The translations under genes were made by a program, and so were the position numbers. Shown here one piece after another: positions 24,306 to 36,300 of a stretch of 64,000 nucleotides of DNA. The DNA lies in contig ML002209.1 in assembly GCA_003614675.1 (NCBI GenBank), forward strand, positions 1-64,000, written 5' to 3'. This DNA comes from Dimargaris cristalligena (Eukaryota). How positions within the stretch are numbered: the first letter of the stretch is position 1; the number at the start of each line of letters is the position of its first letter. Below the pieces are notes generated by a model, which saw only the letters and a program-made list of their open reading frames with translations, was not told the DNA's origin and searched no databases.

Positions 24306-25351
24306 TATATTTTCCACCAAATGACTTACTTGATCAGTTCCTTGGCCCGGTTGTTCTCGCACGTAATAATTAGGATGCGAGGGCTACCCTTGGGGTTGGT
24401 TTTGAATTTTCTTTCCAAGTCAACCTTGCTGACTACCGGTTTAGAATAGACACAGGCACACACATGGTATAAATAGTGCAGTCGATTAATAAGTATGACG
24501 TGTCCGAATCTTTGGTTTAAATGCCGGTAAAGTAAATTTTACTATTCGTATTTAAAAAATGAAGATCAGGGGATTCACAATAAAAAATCTTACATTCTTT
24601 CAACCAGGCGCCGATGTTGGAAGTGGTTCGCGGTTTGTCAAAACTGCTCGAGTTTAGGATACAGTCATCTAATGGGATATTTCAAAGTAGCAAAACATAG
24701 GGCTATACTGTCAATAGGTTCATCGTACTGCCTGGACTAGGGAAACCATCAAAACAATTCATCGAACTAAACCAAAAAATAATAATAAAGATAATCGAAT
24801 AAGCTATATTTTACCTGTGAAAGTACAAGTCGCAAGTTCAAGCTCGGTAATGCCTTTGAAAGCCAGCTTGAGTTTTTGATTAAAGAAGGCGACCTGGGCC
24901 GGTGTATCGGCAAGGGCAATGGCCGGATTACCGAATTTACTGGGGTTGCGATCCTAGAGCAATAGCCATGATGATTACCAATACAATGGTAATAGGAGGG
25001 GGTATGCATATTAATAGAGTGTGAGGTAGTGGTGGTGGTGGTAAGGAAGGAGGGTTAAGCTTAGTCCATGGTTTGTTTTCCACCGAAGAACTACCCGGTG
25101 CACTGGATGAAACCCGATGATTTAAGTTCCGCAGGGATCCTCCCCCTACTACCCTCTGGCCACCAAAACCCTATAAGGGGAGGAGGTGATATGGAAAAAT
25201 GGGTTTTTACCTTCTTCTTCCGCTTGTTGGCCTTGGGGCCAGTCCCACTGGCTTCGGGGTCATTGGTCTCGTTTTCAACGGAATAGTCATCGACTGCGTA
25301 GTCCAGACCATCGTCGAGGGATTCCACGGCTTGATAACGGCGCTTAGACAT
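23534..25351 (-). CDS. CMS1: Cms1/CMSS1 90S pre-ribosome factor (degenerate helicase-like fold), 259 aa
   Basis: Exons 25351-25211, 24953-24815, 24668-24594, 24432-24330, 24097-23946, 23703-23534 (780 nt, frame-consistent); DDGLDY, GSPRILII, VASLHARKVKVAEQAAFL, IGTPTRMLKL, DAKDR. Confidence 0.88.
25071..25184 (-). ncRNA. Weak candidate H/ACA-like snoRNA in CMS1 intron 1
   Basis: Two hairpins (TCCTCCCCTTAT/GTAGGGGGAGGA and CATCGGG/TTCGGTG), ACA at 25076-25074 16 nt below the second pocket; H box not clean. Confidence 0.2.
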
Positions 25352-25982
25352 GGTGTTTAGAGAAGGGGAATGCTATTGGGTCAAGCTGGTGCAATGGAAT
25401 TGAAGAGGTACCGTTGGTAGTGTGAAGTGCTGTATATTAAGCTTAGCAATGTGTATTAAGAGCAGTCAACTATGGCCAATTCACAAAAATACGAATGCTG
25501 TTCTCACTAGACGTGTCTTATATTTCGAAAGATCTGCACTATTTGCGACAAGTTTCAAAAAGAAAAAAATAGAATAAAAACGGAGGGGGTAATAAGCTTT
25601 GCGTATAGGATTTTCTCCACACTACCAAACTTCGAAATAGGCTGAGAAAGGGGGAGGATTTTTGCCCTTGCCTCAAGTGCTCTACACCACACTATTGGCC
25701 TCAGAAAAAATATCTGAATTTAGTCAGGTGATCTCGGAAGCCCGGCCAAATCCATTTGATCCGATTGATCGAGTCATATAAATATCCCAACGAAACTATA
25801 CTAAACATTTCTAATATGTTTGGAAAATTAAAATATCATTTTATTTCTAAATAGTTGTAATAATAAGAAATCGAACTCCTTGATTAAATCGTCGTAGGTC
25901 TAGTACATCCGTTGGCTATTCCTGCAACTATCCGGGCAGGTCTAATAAGGGTAGGATGGCGGCGTGCATGGCCCCGCCATGA

Positions 25983-28037
25983 TCAGTAATCGGGGGATTG
26001 GTCTGGCGTTAGCTTACGTTGTCGAGTAGTAGCCACGTACTCGATATGGGTTTCGAAGCGGTGATGGTTATACAAACCCCGGGTCAAATCGGTGAGCCGG
26101 CTATTAATGGCAAACTGGCCGTCTGCCAAACGAATCAGATTCACCAGTTGGCGGTGCTGGGTGGCGAAACCCGTAAAATAATTTCCTAAATAGATACTAC
26201 GCTGACCCCAGGAAATGCGGTCAAAGACCATTTTAAGATCCTCGTAAAACGGCATCATCAACGCCAGCAAATACCTATTAAACAGAGCCAAACGATAGCG
26301 GTCCAGGTGGGCATCGATCAACTTGCCCTCGTGGCGGGAATGCCGGGCTATAAACTCCACGTTCATGAGTTCCAGGATGGAGTGTTGAAACTTTACCGAT
26401 TGGCCGAGATCCCTATTATAAAGGGTAGGGGCCAGTAATTCGCGAATGGGCGTAATGACATCGACGCCGCCTTGGTTGTACCATTCGATTTCCTGCACGG
26501 ATGAATCCCCGGCCTGGGCATACAGTTGTTTGAGATTCGCTAGAAAGCCGCCTAATAATTCCTGGAGTCCGGTCATGCGTTGGTCGGGATCGAGACTGCC
26601 CCCATGGAGATTATTGATCGCCATTACGTTTTGGTGAAAGTAATTATTCAATTCTTTGGTGATTTGGGCTTCCCGAACCGGAACTTCATCCCACTGCATT
26701 AATTCGCCCAAGTGAGCTCTCAGGAATCGGTCTTCCTTGGTGACGACCGGCCGCCGTCCCCCCTCCGCTGGATTAGAGAGGCCGGCGGCTTGGTGGCGGG
26801 AGATGGCACGCTTTTTCTGACCGTCGGAGGGCTCAGTCGCATAATACTCGACGGGGAAAGTTCGGTAGAGGGCCCCTTTCCGGTTGGACCTCGGGTAATG
26901 CTCGGAGGAGAGGATTGGGCCCTGGTAATTCTTACGGTCGGCTGAGCCTCTGGCGGAGGTAGGGGCTGTGGTGGTGGTGGCAGCGACGGGACGGTTTAGC
27001 CGGGCAGCGCCATTCGGTTTGTTCGACTTGACCCCGGGAGGGGAGCGGTCTTTCAATTTGGGTAACCTGACAGGCACATGGCCCCTTTGGTCTTGCTCAA
27101 ACCAGTGCGGCTCTTCATAATGGGTCGGGGGGATGTCCAAACGCGTCGTCTGTTTTGCCTCAGTGGGGGTGTTCACCTTCGGCTTGGTGTTGGTGTGGGT
27201 GTTGGAGTCAGTTGAAGATGGTGCTTTGATGCTAGGCGCGGGGTTGGGTTCAACCTTTTCGGGGGTGGTTTTTTTGGGCAAACCTGCCATCACCGCAGCA
27301 CTGTATGAAGTTGGCTTTTCCCGCCCGACTTCGTACCATTGTCTATTATACACCTTCTCGTCGGCAGCGGTCTTCAGAGTCCCTTGAGTAAAGTCACCGC
27401 CTTCGATCACGGGATTTGACGACCCCGAGTTGGGCGAGGCATCGGTCATTTCGGATGAGGGAATATCCAAGACGATGGGCTGAGCGCTCGACCCGGGTTC
27501 TTCCATGATAATTTCAACGTCCAAGTCATTTGGGGCACTATCATAGTAATCATCATCTTTCCAGTCATAGTTGGCAAAACAATCGGCTAGGGATGCGAAG
27601 CCACTCTTTTCAGTTGACGGATCGGTGTTCGGTTGTTCCTCGACTCGGACGGTCTCGTCGTGATTTTCCTCCGCGGCCACGTCCGTATACAAAGATAGAC
27701 CGCTAGTCTTGGGGGAATCTACCTCAGATAAATTAGCAACCGACAAACTATCGGGAGTTTGGTAGTTGACGAAGTTGGGCGAAGAAACCCCCCCATTCCT
27801 GGAAGATGGGCGAGTCTCGGGGGAATCAACCAATTGGTGGGGGTCCTTAACCTCTTCTTCAGTGTAGGGATGGTCCTCCCAGCTATCCCAGGTGGGCGTA
27901 TCGAGAACAGCCTCCTTGGGCACGGTGACCCCTACGGTTTCGCTGGCCCGGGCTCGGAGGGTTTGCGATCCAATGGTCCAACAGAAGACAAGGACCGTCG
28001 GTACCGTGTATTTCCACGAAGGGGTTAAACGCGGCAT
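25983..28037 (-). CDS. Orphan, probably secreted or N-anchored protein, 684 aa
   Basis: Long intronless ORF; first ATG 28037 (track starts at GTG 28073); hydrophobic N-segment YTVPTVLVFCWTIG...ARA|SE; acidic/Pro-Thr-rich middle and helical C-terminal ~250 aa; TATATAAA at 28223-28216. Confidence 0.75.
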   Translation of the reverse strand: MPRLTPSWKYTVPTVLVFCWTIGSQTLRARASETVGVTVPKEAVLDTPTWDSWEDHPYTEEEVKDPHQLVDSPETRPSSRNGGVSSPNFVNYQTPDSLSVANLSEVDSPKTSGLSLYTDVAAEENHDETVRVEEQPNTDPSTEKSGFASLADCFANYDWKDDDYYDSAPNDLDVEIIMEEPGSSAQPIVLDIPSSEMTDASPNSGSSNPVIEGGDFTQGTLKTAADEKVYNRQWYEVGREKPTSYSAAVMAGLPKKTTPEKVEPNPAPSIKAPSSTDSNTHTNTKPKVNTPTEAKQTTRLDIPPTHYEEPHWFEQDQRGHVPVRLPKLKDRSPPGVKSNKPNGAARLNRPVAATTTTAPTSARGSADRKNYQGPILSSEHYPRSNRKGALYRTFPVEYYATEPSDGQKKRAISRHQAAGLSNPAEGGRRPVVTKEDRFLRAHLGELMQWDEVPVREAQITKELNNYFHQNVMAINNLHGGSLDPDQRMTGLQELLGGFLANLKQLYAQAGDSSVQEIEWYNQGGVDVITPIRELLAPTLYNRDLGQSVKFQHSILELMNVEFIARHSRHEGKLIDAHLDRYRLALFNRYLLALMMPFYEDLKMVFDRISWGQRSIYLGNYFTGFATQHRQLVNLIRLADGQFAINSRLTDLTRGLYNHHRFETHIEYVATTRQRKLTPDQSPDY

Positions 28038-31000
28038 GGCGGCTATATATCGTAGAATAATCGATACCAACACAGGTAGAGAGTAGGCCGCTAATAATAA
28101 TCAACTTAATAACACGGAATGCAATGAACGGCGGGCAATGACGGTGGCGTACCTTGTTTTTGATGGCCCACGATAAAATTATGGAATTCCAAAATGGGGA
28201 CACGCTAGTGGTGGGTTTATATACCTTTTAATTAGTTCTATTCTCCCCGGAAATTGAACCGGTGCGGCCTCTTCTCACCTTCTTTTGACTTCCCCCTCCC
28301 CTCCAGCTTTCCAAAACAATACATTTAGAATAAAACAAAAAAATTATTACCTACTTTGTGGTACATTCATGGGACCTTTCCTATACAGTCAGCCTTAGTA
28401 CAACGTATCCTGGCCGCCCTTGTTCGCCTTTATTGATCTATACAGCAACATATTGCTTCTTAGCGAGCAGCGGTGTTGTGTACAAGCCCCTATATCTATG
28501 ATCAGCCAGCCGCTGCCCCATTCTTCGTAACAACCCAATTTTAACGTCGCTATAAGTGGCCGTGAGTCTTCCGCGGCATTCTGAACACTCGCCATTAGTG
28601 GGCTCAATTAGACAGGGTTGCACACATCTCCCACACGTACAACTCCCTCTCGCATCAACTACCTTTTAAAAAAATGCATCCCGTAGTTCCAATGCGCCAG
28701 GCGGCCTTATTATTTAAAACGGCTGCCGTATTTAATTCGTCGATTTTCGAGCGTACACGACCCTTTTCCATTTTGGGTTATGGCTGGGAGACAGTCAGTC
28801 TAACTGAACCATGACCTGTCTACACACCGATTTGGGACGAACTTCTCCCATATACTATATTGTAGTACATATCAGTGCAACTTGTTGTCTAACCCCGTTG
28901 AGTAGCGATACTGGCCTCGTTCTCGCCGGCAGTTTATATTTTGTTGTATTTATTTTAAAAAAGTGGGCATTGTGGCTGTATTATTGAGGATTGAAACCCC
29001 CCTAAAATGGGGGTTTCGGAACTACATAATATACAGTACGACATAATTGTTCTATGGAGGGAGGAAGGTTGGGCCAATAACTAACCCGAGAATTTACGAT
29101 TCGAGATGTAAGCTAGGGACGTTGACCAATGATTAGTTGTTTGGGTTACGTGCAAAGTGAGCTGAGTGGTTACCCTGGGTCGGACTAGCTTTCGGGACAT
29201 GACTAAAAAACAAGCTATGTATGCCTGCTCCAATAAATAGGATCAATCTAGTGCTTAAGACCCTCTCGTAAATGTATTTGCATTTTGGGAAAAAGCCAAT
29301 TGAGCAGCCCCAGGCATCGCATTAGTCCACGATGACGACGGGCCCAGTTTCCCGGTGCCTTAGCCCAGCGGGTTCTGCGTTGGGTTGTAGGTAGTTTTCA
29401 CATGGAAGTAAAGCAAGCTTATCCATGCCACAATCCTACTATACTCACCCACCCGATTTCAAACCAACTAAAAATGATCTGATGTTGGCTGGGTGGGGGG
29501 AAGGAAACGTGGGCAATTCCGGATCTGACAGGATAATTCCATAAAATCCGCTGGGCCATGGTCGCACGTCTTCCCCGCCCCTTTCGTGTCGCTCTAATGA
29601 GCTGGACGGGTGCCTTGGTGTTGGGGCTTGCTGCCGGTTGCGCCGACATATTCTTTGTGCGACCTTGTGGATGGTGAACTTGCTGAAGGAAGACCAGATG
29701 ATTCGTAAATAGGGCTCACTGTGGTGCGTATTTTTCTTTTAGTCTAGCTATGGGAGGGAACCCCAGTAAAATCAACCGAGCCAATACCGTCTTTCAAGAG
29801 AAGGGGAGAGGGGTGAATGTATTCTACATAAATTCCCTGGATATATGACAAACATTTAAGCTAGAAAGGATTAAAACCACTGGAATACCCCGAACCTGGG
29901 GGGATACTGGGGGTGAAAGGCGCCGTCCAAATAATAGGGTCGCTAGAATTGTGAACATTCGCCAGATAAGAGGCTGAGACATGGCGGCAGAGTAAAGTTA
30001 AACCCAAACTTAATCGATGATGGCAGTATTATATGAACTACACGAGGTGGCCAGTATTCGAACCGTACTTGGGTGAGATGAAATTCAGGGGCTCCAGTCC
30101 AAGAAACGGGGTTTTATAATGGGGTTAAGGGCATAGTTGTTCGCGCTGCGCATGTGTACATACCCGAACTATGAAACCATTCTACTCTTTTTCACCGCCC
30201 TGACCTCTCTCCCCCTTCCCATGACTATATTCCCCGCACATGCTTGCTGTAGGCTCGATTGGGCCGGGTTACACACATGCCACTGCTTGTATCCTTTCGA
30301 TTCGGTTTATCCGGCCTTTAGAGCAGGCAGTGTGGTTTGGCAGATCGGATGGCCTTGTCCAGAAAAATACGGCCAGTTTACAGTGCATCGATCTTGGGAA
30401 ATGGTGTAGCCACCATTGGCTTGAATCGCGCGTGCCTATGGTGGTACGGGATGGGAGTAAGCGGAAGGGGGATATTTGACACAGTGTCCCAACAGTGGTG
30501 GACATAGTTGGCCGTTTACAGCCTGCCGGATATATTTATTTGACATGGCTTAATTTGTTGGCCGAGTTCTTTACATTCGCTATAAAAGGGTCGACGACGA
30601 GTACAGATAGTTCGCGGCAATCCCCAGCCCAAAGTTGTAAACATGATCTCATATGTATTTTCCTATAGATATAGGCGTGAAGTCCCCACCTGCGTGTATA
30701 AGCATCAGTAACGTAAACTGATTACTGAAATCATATTGATAAAATCTATAGCGTAGTATATCAGATGGCGTATGATCTATACCTGAACACGACTGCCTGG
30801 TGGGATTCGCGATTGATGATCTAAAGAAGGACAGGGAAACTTCGAAAATGGATTCATACGTGTCTAGGAAAAGACGGATCCGTTCGGTACAACTGTATGA
30901 CGACAATCGCCACCCAACAATGAGTTTGACCAAAAAGCCCATGATTAACCAAGTGCCCAGGTTCTATACGCGACGGGGCTAGTATGGAAACCGGACCATG

Positions 31001-31639
31001 GTTTGCAGGTGGTATTAAGCCGTTTATTTCTGGAGTTTACATTGGTATAAATCATTTTGGAGACTTCCAATGGGTCTTGGCTGCAGGTTGTACTTCGGCG
31101 CTTGTATTTCAATATTGTACTGAGGTGTCCATCTTTTCACTTTAGAACCCAGAAGAGTCGGACATGTTTATGCCCGTGTCATGAGATATACCACTCCACA
31201 CCTTTGTTGATGGGCGGTTGGTCCAGACACCCCCCTTTACTTGACTGTCTACAGTGTAGAATTCAGCACCAGCTGCGTATAGCACCTTTTATTCACTAAG
31301 CCAGACGGGTGGACTGAATAACTCTGGTTAATGTAATAAAGTACCCAAGGCTAGATAGACAATGGGAACCATGCCGGGGTTGGACCATTTTCAAGCTCCG
31401 CACAGTGTGTGATGGCAGTGCGTCATTCTGGTCAGCTGCGCCAAAGAACAGTCCCCGCCAACCCCCCATAACGTAAGTCCGCCCAGTAGGCTTGGCCTTG
31501 TTCAATTGTTCACCACCAAAGTTCCGCCCCTTCCTCGCTGTGCCTTTCTAAAGTCAAACGTTTCCTGGTTTATTCTTCTCATTCCACCCTTTTCTATTCT
31601 ATTCTTTGGAATTCTTGTTCTATATTCGACTAGTTCACC

Positions 31640-32465
31640 ATGTTCGCGCTTGGCACTCTCTTCTACCTCGGGCTCATGCTCCTGAACGCCGTGGCGGTGT
31701 TGCACGAACAACGCTTCTTATCCAAAAGTAAGTCCCGCAAAGGCCTTTATCTCGGGCACACTAATAACACTCAGGGTTGGAGTAACCCTTTTTCCCGAGG
31801 AGGATATAGTATAAGTGCTTGTTAAATGGGGTTGTGTTCACTGCCATTTTGACCAACCGCAATAACCGCCACTCTCCCTTGTCTCGCCGATTCTGCCTTG
31901 AGGGGCCGGCCCATTTCCTGAAGGGAATCGAAAGGACCAACTGTCCTTGTACTACTTTATCCTGGTCCACACTAGGGGTATCTACCGCATGGTGTTCCTC
32001 CTTCCTCGTGCGCCACACTAACTGCTCGTTTTGTATCGCCCCCCCCCCACTTCGTCCCTATCGTCTTACTACCCTTATACCATTTTCCATCGAAACTCCC
32101 ACTACCGGCAGTTGGCTGGTCAATCGAGCAACTGAGTGGTTTCCATGACGCCAACCAAGAGGTCAAACTTCGTATCATTCATCTCATCTCGGCCATCCGG
32201 ATGCTGCTTCGAAGTAAGTCGGAATTCCTTAATAGCTTCTCGCATTCTTTACGGCATCAATGTCCCCTGGATATATTGAGTGTCCACCTGATTGTAAATA
32301 GGGATTTCTATTTTCTGATTTTAAAATAATAATAGTATTATTTATGAAATACTAATCGAATTAATACCGATATTATCTTTATTGGAATCTGCCATTGCGC
32401 ATTATGTAGTTCCGCTGATCTTCGTCAACTCGATGGTGATTATCTACGAAATTATCCTCGGGTGA
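31640..32465 (+). CDS. YOS1: Yos1/IER3IP1 ER-Golgi membrane protein, 81 aa
   Basis: Exons 31640-31727, 32112-32213, 32410-32465 (246 nt): MFALGTLFYLGLMLLNAVAVLHEQRFLSKIGW...LISAIRMLLRIPLIFVNSMVIIYEIILG. Confidence 0.95.
31744..31868 (+). ncRNA. Candidate H/ACA snoRNA in YOS1 intron 1
   Basis: Hairpin CTCGGG/CCCGAG with upper stem AGGGTT/AACCCT; H box ATAGTA (31806-31811) 16 nt below the pocket; second hairpin AAATGG/CCATTT followed by ATA; guide AACACTC complementary to conserved 18S GAGUGUU. Confidence 0.35.
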
Positions 32466-33104
32466 CATTGATCCTTCGCCTCAAAATATAGTTCGACCGT
32501 ATCAACCCCCCTCCAAAAAAACGAGCCCCCAGACTGCGCTGTCCTCATCTTTTCCTTCTCGTATTACCCTATTGTGCATTATTTCCGGTAGACGTATCGG
32601 TTAAATCTTCGCTCAGATCAACTCTCAGCCCAAGACCTTATTTGTATTCTTACTCATTGGTGTATTTTTTTTTGACTTGCCTATTCGATTAGGCCAACTA
32701 TCCGGTAATTCTAATTAGGCCATCATGTAATCTATCCCCGCATTTATTCCCGAGCGAAATTCACCTCTTCGCTAAATAGGTCCGCTGCTTAAAGGTTTTA
32801 TTAATCCACCTCGGACTATTCCCATCATTCAAGTTTTTTTGTTTGTCCAACCTATCTCTTCTAATACGTACTTCTATCTGGCAACCCAAAATAAATACAT
32901 AATATTATCCCTTGATCGTTTGCGCAAGCATAGACCACGTGGAGCATATCGGATCTCGTCGAATGGTATTGTCCCATGGTAAGGGGAACCAGTAGAGAAA
33001 GAGAGGGAGACCGTACCTTTTGAAGTAAAATGAAGTAAATGTTTATCATATGAAGATGTTGGAGGGTAGAAAGGGCAGTGTCCCTTTCAGAAAGTCAATA
33101 ATAG

Positions 33105-33139
<35 letters not shown>

Positions 33140-33353
33140 CATAAATACTAACGCTAGACCTGTAATTATTCAGTATATGGAAATAAGGGACCTAGGGGTG
33201 TGAGAGGATGGTCGAATAAAATATAGCCGTGTATCCCATAGTAGATGGTGCATGTGGGGTTTTTTAAGGCTAAATCGGGTAGAAATCGCCACTCCCAGTC
33301 CGCGGCTGCCAAAAAATGCGGCTATTGTCGAACAACGTCCCCCGTCCCCATGT

Positions 33354-36300
33354 TTAGCTATTCCGGCCGCTCACTAGAATAGCCTCCAGGGCCGCTTGAT
33401 AAGGTTCCACCAAGTGAGTCGCAAACGTTTTAGTGGCAAAGGAGCCCACTTGGAAGGCGGGGTCGAGTTTGATTTCACTCAAAAATACCGAGCCATCCAA
33501 AGTCGTTGCGGACACATAGAAATGGGTCAAACCGTCCACCACCCGTTCGGCCACGGTGAAAATATTGTTCCGGTGCAGTTTTTGGCGCACCTGGAGCATC
33601 GTTTGGTAATTGAGCGAATACACGGTCCCTAGTTTCTGCATGGCGTCGGGGATTTCCTTCCAGGCACCGAGGAACCGATCCTGTTCCAATTGGGCATTCT
33701 CCTGAAACAGAATGTGGACCAGATAGGTGGTCTGGAAGTAAAAAATGCCCAACGAGGTCTTGAGGGCCACTTGGAGGTTGTTAATGGGGCTCATGGACTG
33801 GACCAGCCCTTGGGTGTTGAGCGCTAGGGAGGCGTCCGTCGATTGGCCAGGCGGTACAATTGGTGCCACCAGAGGGGCAGTCGGCCAGATGCCGAAGCTA
33901 AAAATTGGAGTTGGGAGGTGGTGGATATTAGAAATGGGGAGAGGAGAAGGGCATTTTAGCGAGGTGAAAATCCAGTGTTACTCGATGACATATCAGCCGG
34001 CGGAATTGGTCCAATGGGTTGTAGCGGGTGCTGGTCCAAAGTAGCCATGTCTGTGTCAGAAACACAGCATTGCCGGATTGGCCCAATGATCGCTTTTGGA
34101 TTATGCGTCAATTTATAAGACTCTGTTGCCTCAGTGGAACGGCCGTTCCCCCAAAAATGGAATGGTGGTGGGGGGAGCTTGACACACATACCACACATCA
34201 AAAGGTTTATGGGAAAATAGTGGAACCAACATCTCCCCCTTTCCCCCCTCCATATTTATCACTCGACTCGATAATAACCACTTACCTATTCTTGTTAAAC
34301 TGAATCGCAAAGTCGCCCACCGGCTGAGATGAGAAGTTGCTGAACGAAAGGTCCAAAAAAAGTTGACTGCCCCGGCGAGCAAAGGTACCAGTGACCTCCA
34401 GCCCTTTGGCGTTCTGGGCGGACAACAGTACTTTTTTGTTGGGCACGAAATAGCCGCTGAGTTCTTCTTCCTGGTTAGTTGACGGCGACGGGAGGGGCAT
34501 TGCCGGGTGTGACTGGGGGGCGGCCAATTGCAAGCCGGCCATATTCTGCTGAAGGGCCGCCGCTGTTTCGTCGACTGGGTAGAATTGATTGGTGAAGCCA
34601 TGTTGCAGGGAGGGTGAAGGCGACGGCAGGGGTCCACTACTCCGGGGAGTAGTAGGCCCGGCGGAAAAGGCCTGGGCCAGGGCATTAGTGGGGTCCATGG
34701 CCGCGGTAGGGGATGCGGGATTGTAGGCGGAGGATGCGAACGGGTTGGCCGGAACCGGGGTCATTGTTGCTAAAGCAGTCGTTCTCGTCATCGTTGAGGT
34801 GTTCATCGATGCCACCGTTAAAGCCATTTGGTTCGCTGGGGCCCCACCCAGTAATGCCAAGGGGTCGTCACCTTTCAGGAAATCGGATTCTAGTCGCGAG
34901 TAATCGCCATTGTCCGTTTGGCCGTCACCATAATTGGCGGTGAATCCAGTCATTCCTCCGGTGGCCGCATTGAGCCCTTGGGCATTTGAAGTTCCCGGGC
35001 CGTTGGCCCCACTGGCTCCCTCCACTTGGAGACCCGAGCCGTCGTCGTTAAAGTCCAAGTCCAACAGGTCAATGAGTTGGGGATTCAGGTTCAAATTGGC
35101 CGGATAACGGTTATTGTGGCCCAGCTGGGTACTATCGTCCACTGCGTAGGGGTTGGCCAAAGACGACTCGTGGTCATTCTCGTCGTCGGTGAGTCCCGGA
35201 TTCGTGCGGACAAGAGCCCGGCTGGTATCCTGCACCATCAGGTCACTGGAATCGGACCGCGTGGGGGCCATATCGGTGGTTGGCGGGACCTGGGTGAGTA
35301 CAATCCCATCGGCCTGTTCGGCCTCGGTGGTCGCCGCCGCCAAAGCGGCCGCTGCCGCCGACGTATCGGGGATCTGCAGGACCTTCGAGGCGGGTAACAG
35401 CCGGCGTTTGGCCCCCGGAATGAAGGTCGCCGGGGGTTTGTGGTACACGGCGGCCAGGCTGGAAATATTGAGTAGGAGTTCCTCCAGCAATAGGGGGTCC
35501 AGATTCTCGGCCTCAGCCGAGATATCGGGCTTATCGGACAGGATAATTTCCTTGGCCGCTTCGGGGTCGGTGGACAGGAGGCGCCAGTAAATGTAACCCC
35601 GGTCCCGCAGGTCGGGGTTATCCACTTCCTCGGTAGCCCATTTGAGGACCTTGGGTACCAATTCCTGGCCCAGGGTGGGGCGTTTGATGAATAGCTTTAC
35701 CGTGGCGGTTAAAAGGGCGAGTTGGACTTCGGTGGGCTCCTCCAGGAAGGTATCCAGAAAGCCCTCCAATACCTCGTCCGAGTTATCGATACGGTCGGCG
35801 TACTGACCGATAATCCAAATCATGGCCGCTTTGGCGTCCGAGTCGTCTAAGCTATCCAGGTTCTCACACAGAATCCCGATGATACTTTCGTAGCGATTGG
35901 GATATTTACGGAAAATATCCTTGATAACCACCACGGCCTCCTGTACCACATAGTTTACCTTAGTTCTGATCAGGTCCAGCAGCACTTCAATGCACCGCTC
36001 GGCTGCTACGTCGATTTTAATTGCCAGGCGACCAATCGACCGCACGGCTTTGCGGACAAAATCCACGTCCACCTCGGCGGCGTATTCCTGGAGTTCGGGC
36101 AACACGAAGCTGTAGTTTTTATCGGATGTGAGGCGGATGAGAATCTCAAGTTTGGCCAGTTTGACGTAAATGGGATCGTTATATTTGCAGAAGAAGGATT
36201 TCAACTGACTGTTGAGAAGGGTGGGGCGGCGTTGGATAATAATGAGGATGTTGCGGAGGGCCACATATTGGACCTCGGGGCGTGAGTTGAGGAGAGTGAC

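Noticed and set aside
28100-31600. Short ORFs in the 3.5-kb spacer (also in 1900-7100)
   Set aside because: No motifs, codon bias or consistent exon chain; treated as intergenic
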